This document shows positions 56,428 through 64,000 of a DNA stretch of 64,000 nucleotides, in pieces. The position numbers were made by a program, and so were the translations under genes. The notes under the pieces are model-generated. The model did no database searches and was not told the DNA's origin. It worked only from the letters and a program-made list of their open reading frames with translations. The DNA comes from an uncultured bacterium (GTDB taxonomy: Bacteria; Krumholzibacteriota; Krumholzibacteriia; LZORAL124-64-63), in contig CAVSGO010000005.1 in the NCBI GenBank assembly GCA_963727525.1, positions 1 through 64,000 on the forward strand. Direction: 5' to 3'. Position 1 is the first letter of the stretch; the number at the start of each line of letters is the position of its first letter.

Positions 56428-59415
56428 TCAGCGCACCAGCGTCAACGTCTTCACGCTCGACTGGGCACCGGCCTGCAGCCGTGCGAAGTAGGTGCCCGAG
56501 GCGACCGCACGGCCACCCTGGTCCTTGCCGTCCCAGCGAACCGTGGTCTCGCCGGCCGGCCGCACACCATCGACCAGCGTGCGCACGTGACGTCCCTGCA
56601 CGTCGAACAGCGCCAGCGTGGCCTGCTGACTCGCGGGCAGGTTGAACTTGATGGACGTCTGCGGATTGAACGGATTCGGCATGGCGCCCAGCAGCGCGAA
56701 CGCGGCCGGCGCTCCATCCACCGCCGTCGACTGGCCCGTCACGAGGAGATCGACGGGGATCACCGTCGTCGGATCGGCCGGATCGTTCGAGGCGATGGAG
56801 ACGGACGTGCTGTAGTGTCCCGGAGTGAGGCCCGAGCTGCTGAACACGAGCGTCAGATCCATGTAGCCGCCACCGGAAACGCTGCCACTCGCCGGCGAGA
56901 CATCCAGCCACGGCGCCGATGTGCTCGCGGACCAGTCGAGGCTGCTGCCGGCCATGTTGAACACATACTCGGAAATCAGGAGCTGCGTGGGTGCATCCGC
57001 AGCCATCTCGACCATCACCGGATCCGGCGCCACGACGATCTGCGGCACGGGCGCAGCCCCGGGGAAGACGATGTCGTCCACGAAGCCGGAGTCGAGGCCG
57101 TCGGACACGCTGTAGTCCTTATCATAGGTGAAGCGGAAGGTGTGGACACCCGCCGGCACCTCGTAAGTGAACTGCGACCAGTCGACCTCGCCCGACCACG
57201 ATGCGATCTCGGCGCCGTCGACGGCGAAGATCAGGAAATCGTAGGTGGCTTCCGACGAGACCTTGTACCAGAACGACATCGTGCCGCCGGCGCCGCAGTC
57301 CACGGACGCCTGCATCTGCGAGTACTGGTTGTCCGAGACATCGCCCGAGCGCGCGGCGTAGGTGCCGCTATGCTTGTACTGCGTCTGCACGAACCAGTTG
57401 GCGGTGCCACTGAGCTGCCAGGGCAGGCCGGTCAGGTCGCCGGTCTCGAAGTCCTCGGCCGTCAGAGCGTTGAGGTAGAGATCGAGGGTCATGTCCTGCT
57501 CGAAGGGCACGGTCTGCACGAGGTTTCCAGCCGTACCGGCGGAGGCATGCAGGTCGAAGACACCCAGGGGCAGGGTGAGGCTGTAGGACCCGGCCGCGTC
57601 GGTATTGATCGTGGCCAGCGGCGTGTTGAGCACCGTGATCGCGGCACCCACGGCGGGCGTGCCACCATCGCCGGGGTTCCCGCCGGGCAGGTACACGATG
57701 CCGCTCACCGTCACGGACGGCAGAGGCGTCAACGCGAAGTCGGCCACGACGGTGTCGTTCTCGATGGCCGTCACGCCGACCGACGCGTCCGCGTAGCCGA
57801 AGGCCGACACGTTCACCGTGGCCGGGCCGATCGGCACCACGAGATGGTAGGAACCGTCGACTCCGCTGAGATCGGTCTGGAAACCGCCGGTGACGGTGAC
57901 GTGGGCGCCGCTGATCGGCGACCCCGTCGACTGGTCGGTCACGACGCCGTCGATGTAGCCCAGGCCGCCGGCCACCGCGAGCACGGCCTCGTACGCGTCG
58001 ATGAAGCCGTGGCCGTAGGTGTTGTCCTCACCCGGCGCGCCGAGATCGTGCGCGGTGTCCATGAGCACCTGCTTGATGGTGATCACGTCCACGTTCGCGT
58101 TGGCGGAGCGCATGAGCGCCACCGTGCCGGCCACGTGCGGGCAGGCCATGGAGGTGCCGTCGTAGTTTGCATAGGAGTTGCCAGGGACGGAGCTGTAGAT
58201 GCTCACGCCAGGCGCGCTCACCTCGGGCTTCACCAGGTTCTCGGCCGGACCGCAGGTCGGGCCGGCGGGGCCACGGCTGGAGAAGCTGGCGATGGTATAC
58301 GGCGCCGAGTGCTGCGTGGCGCCCACGGAGAAGCTGTTGTACAGCGTGGTGGCGCGGTCGGCCGGAGAGCGCAGGGTGCTGGCACCCGAACCCTCGTTGC
58401 CGGCGGCCCACACGACGACCGGGCCGGCGGCCTCGCAGCCATCGATGACGTCCCACCAGCGGCTGTCGCAGTCGGGATAGCCGAAGGCCTCGTACACGCC
58501 CCAGGAATTCTGCACCACGTCGGGCACGTCATCCGTCGTGTTCGGGTCGCCGTCGGGATCGGTCATCCACTCGAAGCAGTCGATGATGTCGCCGTCGAAG
58601 CCCGAGTTCACACCCTGGTCGATGGCGTTGGCGGCGATCCACTCGGCCCCGGGCGCGACGCCGATGGTGTCGTTGGGCGCCGTGCCGCACATGGTGCCGC
58701 AGGTGTGGGTGCCGTGGCTGTTGTTGTCCACGGGAAACTGGGTGTTGCCGCCCAGCACGTCGTGCCAGCACTGCTGCCACGACGCGTGGTTGCCACGCCA
58801 GCGGCTGGAAAGCGCCGGGTGGTTGCCGTCGACGCCGGTGTCGAGGCTGCCGATGAGGGCGCCCTCACCACGGATGCCGAGTTCGTCCCACACGCGGCGG
58901 GCCCCGATGTTCACGACACCCGGCGTGATGCCGATGCTGCGCTCGCCGCTCTCCTTGGCCGGCACGCGACGCACGGGCTCGATGAGCTCGGGCACCACGT
59001 TCGGCTCCACGACCTCGACGTCATCGCGCGTGGCGAGATCCCGGATGGTGGCCTCGTCGGCCGTGACGAGCACGCCGTTGACGAGCCAGTGCGGCGTGTA
59101 GCCGACGATCTCGCCGCGGTCGCGGCGGGCGTTGAGGCTGGTGATCAGGGACTGCTGCGACGCCCGCGCGGCGTCCTGCAGCGTGTTCATGACGACGGCG
59201 TGGCGGGTCGCCAGGTCGACGCGCTGATCGTGCAGGCTCAGATCGAGAGCCTGGATATCGACGCGCGTACGCATGATGACGAGGACCTTCACCGGCGTGC
59301 CGGGCGCGGTCGCGCCAAGGACCTTCTCCAGGTTTGGCGAGATCTCGCCCGCGAGCGCCGAGCCCGCCAGGAGAGCCACCAGCACGACGCTCAGGACGGC
59401 TTTCGTATGTCGCAT
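56428..59415 (-). CDS. Secreted S8 peptidase (bacillopeptidase F-like) with PNPFNP CTD, tandem paralog
   Basis: LDTG, HGTHTCG, AAGNEG, GTSMACPHVAG; MPNPFNP CTD; AAGGA RBS before ATG 59415. Confidence 0.93.
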   Translation of the reverse strand: MRHTKAVLSVVLVALLAGSALAGEISPNLEKVLGATAPGTPVKVLVIMRTRVDIQALDLSLHDQRVDLATRHAVVMNTLQDAARASQQSLITSLNARRDRGEIVGYTPHWLVNGVLVTADEATIRDLATRDDVEVVEPNVVPELIEPVRRVPAKESGERSIGITPGVVNIGARRVWDELGIRGEGALIGSLDTGVDGNHPALSSRWRGNHASWQQCWHDVLGGNTQFPVDNNSHGTHTCGTMCGTAPNDTIGVAPGAEWIAANAIDQGVNSGFDGDIIDCFEWMTDPDGDPNTTDDVPDVVQNSWGVYEAFGYPDCDSRWWDVIDGCEAAGPVVVWAAGNEGSGASTLRSPADRATTLYNSFSVGATQHSAPYTIASFSSRGPAGPTCGPAENLVKPEVSAPGVSIYSSVPGNSYANYDGTSMACPHVAGTVALMRSANANVDVITIKQVLMDTAHDLGAPGEDNTYGHGFIDAYEAVLAVAGGLGYIDGVVTDQSTGSPISGAHVTVTGGFQTDLSGVDGSYHLVVPIGPATVNVSAFGYADASVGVTAIENDTVVADFALTPLPSVTVSGIVYLPGGNPGDGGTPAVGAAITVLNTPLATINTDAAGSYSLTLPLGVFDLHASAGTAGNLVQTVPFEQDMTLDLYLNALTAEDFETGDLTGLPWQLSGTANWFVQTQYKHSGTYAARSGDVSDNQYSQMQASVDCGAGGTMSFWYKVSSEATYDFLIFAVDGAEIASWSGEVDWSQFTYEVPAGVHTFRFTYDKDYSVSDGLDSGFVDDIVFPGAAPVPQIVVAPDPVMVEMAADAPTQLLISEYVFNMAGSSLDWSASTSAPWLDVSPASGSVSGGGYMDLTLVFSSSGLTPGHYSTSVSIASNDPADPTTVIPVDLLVTGQSTAVDGAPAAFALLGAMPNPFNPQTSIKFNLPASQQATLALFDVQGRHVRTLVDGVRPAGETTVRWDGKDQGGRAVASGTYFARLQAGAQSSVKTLTLVR

Positions 59416-59640
59416 GTGGGGTTCCTTCGGTTGCGTGCGAACGATAGCAAACGCCGACCACGCCGATGGACGTGGCGGCCGCATGGATTCGCCTTCCATT
59501 CAACCAGAAAACCATTGCGAAACCTTCACGATTCGCGAATTTTCTACCCCTCATTAAAGATCAAACGTAGACCATGGCCCCGCCGGCACACGCGTGCTAT
59601 TCTCTTGTCCGGACTGTGTTTCCCAAGCAAGGAGATCACG

Positions 59641-60414
59641 ATGGACCACTCCCGGATCGCCCTCATCACGGGCGCCAGCGCAGGTATCGGCCGCGCCTGC
59701 GCCGCGGCCCTGGCTGAGGAAGGCTATCGTCTCATCCTGGCCGCCCGGCGTGCCGACCGCCTTGCCGAGCTGATTCGATCCCTGGGGGCCGACCACGGCA
59801 CCGAGTGCCGGACCCTGGCTCTCGACGTGCGCGACCGCACCGCCGTCGACGAGTCCATCGCGGGTCTCCCCGCCGACTGGCAGGCGATCGACCTGCTGGT
59901 GAACAATGCGGGCCTCAGCCGTGGCCTCGACCGGCTACCGGCGGGGGAACCGACGGACTGGGACGAGATGATCGATACGAACGTGAAGGGACTGCTCTGG
60001 GTCACCCGGGCGGTGCTGCCCGGCATGGTGGCGCGCGACCGCGGCACGATCGTCAACATCGGGTCGATCAGCGGGCACCAGGTCTACGCGGGCGGCGCCG
60101 TGTACTGCGCCACCAAGCATGCCGTGGCGGCCATCACCCAGGGGTTGCGCCTCGACCTTCTGGGCACACGGGTCCGCGTATGCAGCGTCGATCCCGGTCT
60201 GGTGGAATCGGATTTCTCGCTCGTGCGCTTCCACGGCGACAAGACGCGTGCCGACGCGGTCTACACGGCCTATCCGCCGTTGCAACCGCGCGACGTGGCC
60301 GCCTGCGTGGTGTTCTGCGCAACGCGTCCCGATCACGTGGCCGTGATGGACCTGATCGCGATGCCCCAGGACCAGGCATCGGTATACGCGAGCCACCCCC
60401 GGGGCACGAGTTGA
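59641..60414 (+). CDS. SDR family NAD(P)-dependent oxidoreductase (YdfG-like)
   Basis: TGASAGIG; LVNNAG; NIGS; YCATK; PGLVE. Confidence 0.93.
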   Translation: MDHSRIALITGASAGIGRACAAALAEEGYRLILAARRADRLAELIRSLGADHGTECRTLALDVRDRTAVDESIAGLPADWQAIDLLVNNAGLSRGLDRLPAGEPTDWDEMIDTNVKGLLWVTRAVLPGMVARDRGTIVNIGSISGHQVYAGGAVYCATKHAVAAITQGLRLDLLGTRVRVCSVDPGLVESDFSLVRFHGDKTRADAVYTAYPPLQPRDVAACVVFCATRPDHVAVMDLIAMPQDQASVYASHPRGTS

Positions 60415-60426
60415 TCCGCAAGAGAT

Positions 60427-62658
60427 CTAGGCCGTGGGCGCGGGCCCGATAGCCACGATCTCCCACTCCCGGTGATCGGCGCCGTCGCCATAGGCGACGG
60501 TGTCGCCGACGCGGTGTCCCATGAAGGCCAGAGCCAGGGGCGCGCGGTAGAAGAGGATATGCCGTTCGGCATCGGAATCCCAGGGACCGAGGAAGGTGAA
60601 GGTGACCTCGTCCCCGCCCACGAAGTCACGCGCCGTGATCTGCGTGCCGATGTTCACGTGGTCGCTGCCTGAGAGATCCTTGTCGATCACACGGGCCAGC
60701 TTCAGTTCGTTCTCCATCGTGGTCGCCCGGCTCGCGAGCTGATCACGCTTCTCGAGGGCCGCCGTGAACTCGGAGTTCTCGCTGAGATCGCCGAAGCTCG
60801 CCGCCTCGCCGATCTGCTTGGCCACCTCGGGAATCTCCACGTCGATGATGTGACCGAACTGCTCCTGCCGGCGCCGCATGCCGCTGGCCGACGTGTAGAG
60901 CACCGATTCGTCTTCCCAGGGACGGGCCATCTCGGTGAACAGCTCGGGATGTTCCAGGCGCAGCATGTGCTTGAGTCGCGAGCGCAGGCTCGGCTGCAGG
61001 CCGCCGTTGTTCACCGCAAGGTCTCGCAGACGCTCCGCCTGCGCGGACGAGGCCCCGTGGACCACAGCGAGCAGCGGCTCGCCACGTTCCACCATGACGT
61101 CGGCGCGTGCTGATTCGAGGATCTTGAGGTAGCGCTCCTCGCCGGAGAGGGCGTGCAGGTGGCCAAGGGCTTCCGTCATCGTGAGCAGCGCGATCAGCAC
61201 ATTGTACGGTGTCACCTCGGGAAAGCCCGCGAGCGTGCGCGACACCGAGCCGTTGCCGGCGCGCATGCGCCAGAGCCACGAGACGAGCTCCGGACTCGCG
61301 GTGGGCTTTGCGATGGCCCGGACCACGGCTTCGTGCAACGCCTCGATCTTCCCGCCCTCGATCAGGATCCGCGCGCAGGTATCGGCGTGGCGCTTGCCGC
61401 CGCGCAGCATCGTCGCCGAGTAGAGGCGATCCCAGGTCTCGGGCAGGGTTTCGCGAAGGTACTCGAGCGTGGGCTGCACGAGCGCATCCGGCAGCTCGAC
61501 CGCCAGCACGCCCGGGTCGGAGATCTTACCGAGCACCTGCTGCGCCGCACGAGGATTCGGCCTGGCCACGGGTACGCCGCGCGCCGCCACGGACGCGTGC
61601 ACCGCGAGGCCGGCAAGCGCCAGCACCGGATCGCCGGCCAGCGCGGTCACGGCGATCTTGGCCGCGCCGTTGCCGAAGTGCGTCATGAGGTCCACGTCGA
61701 CTCGGCCCGGATTGTCCTTGCGCGACGTCTCGTCGAGGTAGTCGAGCACTCGGCGCAGGCGATCGACCGGTTCTGGCGTGCGATCGAAGCGGCGGCGTAG
61801 GCGGTCCTCGTAGCGGTCTGCCTGGCGCAGGAGACGCAGGGTGGGCTGCGATCCCCCGGACATGGCGAGCATGGCGTCGTGCTTGATGACGTCTCGCGCC
61901 GACCGCCACCAGCGCGTCCAGCCTTTCTCGCCGAGCAACCGCGTGACATGCAGCTTGAGGTCCTTGTAGGCAAGACGCTGATCGCTGTCGGCCTTGAGCG
62001 CCAGCGTCACGAAAGCTGACGCATCGGTCTCCGCCAGCTCGCGCAGGTGGTCCGGATCGTACATGATGAGCGCCGGGAAGAAATCGGAGGGCCGCGGGTG
62101 GATCTTGCCGAGCGTCGTCGGTCCGTACTCGCTCGACCGGTCGTCGAAACGGACGCTGACGACCCCGTTCTCGGGATTGACGCTCTCGACGATCCCCGGC
62201 ATCACGAAGTTGAAATCCACCGCGTACGCGCCGGGGCGCAACGCCACGTAGGCATCGATCAGCGCCACCACCTTGTCCAGGCGCGCCTGCTCGCCGCAAA
62301 AGGTCTCCAGCAGCCGTGGCAGCTCGACGAAATCGGCATGAACCGTCTTGTAGAGCCGGATCAGCTCCGTGCGGATACCCTTGCCGTCGGGGATCTGACG
62401 TCCCGCGGCCCGGGCCGCTGCCAGCGCAGCCGTGTCATCGCCCGCTGCGGCCACGACCATCAGCGCCAGCTCGTCCGCCGTGTCATCGGCGCCGAGCCGA
62501 CCCACCTGCCCGGCGATGCCCAGCAGATCGTTCGCCGTGAGATCGTCCTGGTCTACCGCCTGCGGCCACAGCTCAGCGAGCAGGTCGAACTTCTTGCTAT
62601 TGGCGAGTTTACCGAGTTTGATCAGAGAAGGGGCTTTCGGAGCGGACGCTTCCTGCAT
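60427..62658 (-). CDS. greA: GreA/GreB transcription elongation factor with long N-terminal extension
   Basis: C-terminal IGEAASFGDLSENSEF.AA; FTFLGPWD; Y.APL. Confidence 0.85.
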   Translation of the reverse strand: MQEASAPKAPSLIKLGKLANSKKFDLLAELWPQAVDQDDLTANDLLGIAGQVGRLGADDTADELALMVVAAAGDDTAALAAARAAGRQIPDGKGIRTELIRLYKTVHADFVELPRLLETFCGEQARLDKVVALIDAYVALRPGAYAVDFNFVMPGIVESVNPENGVVSVRFDDRSSEYGPTTLGKIHPRPSDFFPALIMYDPDHLRELAETDASAFVTLALKADSDQRLAYKDLKLHVTRLLGEKGWTRWWRSARDVIKHDAMLAMSGGSQPTLRLLRQADRYEDRLRRRFDRTPEPVDRLRRVLDYLDETSRKDNPGRVDVDLMTHFGNGAAKIAVTALAGDPVLALAGLAVHASVAARGVPVARPNPRAAQQVLGKISDPGVLAVELPDALVQPTLEYLRETLPETWDRLYSATMLRGGKRHADTCARILIEGGKIEALHEAVVRAIAKPTASPELVSWLWRMRAGNGSVSRTLAGFPEVTPYNVLIALLTMTEALGHLHALSGEERYLKILESARADVMVERGEPLLAVVHGASSAQAERLRDLAVNNGGLQPSLRSRLKHMLRLEHPELFTEMARPWEDESVLYTSASGMRRRQEQFGHIIDVEIPEVAKQIGEAASFGDLSENSEFTAALEKRDQLASRATTMENELKLARVIDKDLSGSDHVNIGTQITARDFVGGDEVTFTFLGPWDSDAERHILFYRAPLALAFMGHRVGDTVAYGDGADHREWEIVAIGPAPTA

Positions 62659-62826
62659 GGTGTCCTCACGGGAGATCGGTGGTCAAGAAACGCGACGACG
62701 CGCCCCAAGATAGCTACTCGGGGCGCGTCTGGAAAGTCGGTGTCTCGGTGACTGTGTCTCGGGACGGACGTCCAGGACCCTTACATCCGCGAGTGGCGAG
62801 ACGTCATGGAGCGACTCGGCGCACAA

Positions 62827-63474
62827 TCACTTGACCATCATCATCTTGCGGGTCTGCATGAATTCGCCGCACACGTAGCGGGTGAGATAGAGCCCGGTGG
62901 CCTGCGGCGCCCCCATGTCGTTGGTGCCGTTCCACTGGACCTGATGCCAGCCCGGAGTGCGATCCACGGCGAACTGCCGGATACGCTGGCCATGCAGGTT
63001 GTAGATCTCCAGCATCACCACGTCGCTCTCGCTGATCGTCGACGGCACGCCATACGCGATGCTCGTCTCCGGATTGAACGGGTTCGGCACGTTGGGCGGC
63101 AACCGGGGAGCCTCGGGTGGCTGCTCGGACGAACGCTCGGCATCGAAGTATACCGGATCCGACCACTCGCTCGTCGGCGAGGCCCGGTGCCTGCTGTCGC
63201 GTCCGACCACGCGCACGCGATGGATCACCCCCGGCGTGAATTCCAGCGTGCAGGTGGTGTCGCCCTGCACGGTGGTGATGAGCGACTCTGTCCCGTAGTC
63301 CTGCTGCACGTAGACCTCGTAGCTCACGGCCGGCGCCAGTGGGTGGCCATCACCATCTTGCTGGGAGCATGCGGCCCACTGCACGGTGACCTCGACCGCA
63401 TCCTGGGCCAGGACCACGTGGCTCGCGAACACGAGGGCGAGGGTCAGGATTGCGAACAGCGTCTTGGATTTCAT
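62827..63474 (-). CDS. Small secreted protein: FN3-like module plus FlgD-Ig-like PNPFNP CTD
   Basis: Signal peptide; W...Y.VY...RVRVVGRD...S..SEWS; NVPNPFNP...WNGTND.G...ATGLY. Confidence 0.8.
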   Translation of the reverse strand: MKSKTLFAILTLALVFASHVVLAQDAVEVTVQWAACSQQDGDGHPLAPAVSYEVYVQQDYGTESLITTVQGDTTCTLEFTPGVIHRVRVVGRDSRHRASPTSEWSDPVYFDAERSSEQPPEAPRLPPNVPNPFNPETSIAYGVPSTISESDVVMLEIYNLHGQRIRQFAVDRTPGWHQVQWNGTNDMGAPQATGLYLTRYVCGEFMQTRKMMMVK

Positions 63475-63541
63475 GGCGTGATCCACCTCGGCATCGCGGG
63501 ACGAAAGCAGGCGCGGACAGCCGCGATCGACACGGGTCGTT

Positions 63542-63558
63542 TGCAAAGGTGGGACCAG
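63542..63558 (-). promoter_or_regulatory. Putative sigma54 (-24/-12) promoter
   Basis: Minus strand CTGGTCCCACCTTTGCA = GG-N10-GC with TTGCA, about 70 bp upstream of ATG 63474. Confidence 0.5.
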
Positions 63559-63731
63559 AAACCGGCGAATCTCGCGATCAGGGGTTGCGGCACCAAGTGT
63601 TTGCCGGACATCGAACTAAGACGATGTTGAAGACCGTTTTCATGAGGAAGGAAGACCGAGGCGGCAGGATCGTTCGCACTCGGCAGGCATTGCCCAATGC
63701 ACGCATTGCAATCTGCCCGGACCGAGGATGG

Positions 63732-64000
63732 TCAGGCCTCATCGTCCATTGCGCGCAGACGGCGGCGGTCTCGCCAGCGTCGCCGCAACGCACCGACGAG
63801 CACGAGGACTGCCATGAAGACGAACAGCGTGGGCCAGCGCACCAGCGCCAAGCCCCAGCCGAAACGCAAGCGCATGGACGCCGCGAACTCCTGCTCGAAA
63901 CGGTCGAGATCCTCGCCGGTGGCGGCGGCGAATCCCGCGTCGAAATCGCCGCGGCGCGCCGATTCGGAAACGATCCGCGCCACGACACCTGATCCGTGGC
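63732..64000 (-). CDS. 3' end of a membrane-anchored protein (possibly peptidase MA-like), runs off the window
   Basis: F..GF..ATG....FE..F helix, then a TM segment and basic/acidic tail RRRWRDRRRLRAMDDEA. Confidence 0.5.
   Translation of the reverse strand, partial: HGSGVVARIVSESARRGDFDAGFAAATGEDLDRFEQEFAASMRLRFGWGLALVRWPTLFVFMAVLVLVGALRRRWRDRRRLRAMDDEA

Noticed and set aside
62740-62762. GTGTCTCGG direct repeat between greA and the FN3-CTD gene
   Set aside because: Only two 9-mers; could be an operator but cannot be distinguished from chance without a genome-wide test.

Overview
GC-rich bacterial chromosome segment. It encodes many secreted proteins ending in either a PNPFN(P)/FlgD-Ig-like C-terminal domain or a short WGxVKxL[FY] tail, which suggests an FCB-group candidate lineage such as Krumholzibacteriota/Latescibacterota (inference). 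The first ~9.2 kb is an accessory island with four parts. (1) A tandem array of three secreted beta-helix genes with AT-rich, divergent cores; they are joined by a ~257-bp, ~95% identical linker carrying the C-terminal tag, a hairpin, a promoter, an RBS and the signal-peptide start. (2) A frameshifted, orphan terminase-large-subunit-like gene with a degenerate Walker A and two tandem nuclease-like domains. (3) A 23-codon stub of a tyrosine recombinase. (4) An IS91/ISCR element whose ori end cuts that stub. The remainder is core-like: dusB operon, Ser/Thr kinase, tricorn-like S41 protease, aconitase, a chemoreceptor with a sigma28-like promoter, pseudouridine synthase, MltF, MscS, GH13, aminopeptidase P, three S8 and one S9 peptidase, alkaline phosphatase, an SDR and a long GreA. 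It also holds a 178-bp MITE with a 5-bp target duplication and a small secreted-peptide gene translationally coupled to a TPR/sigma54 activator (candidate peptide-signalling module). No rRNA, tRNA or CRISPR array was seen. All calls come from motif reading; no database search was run.
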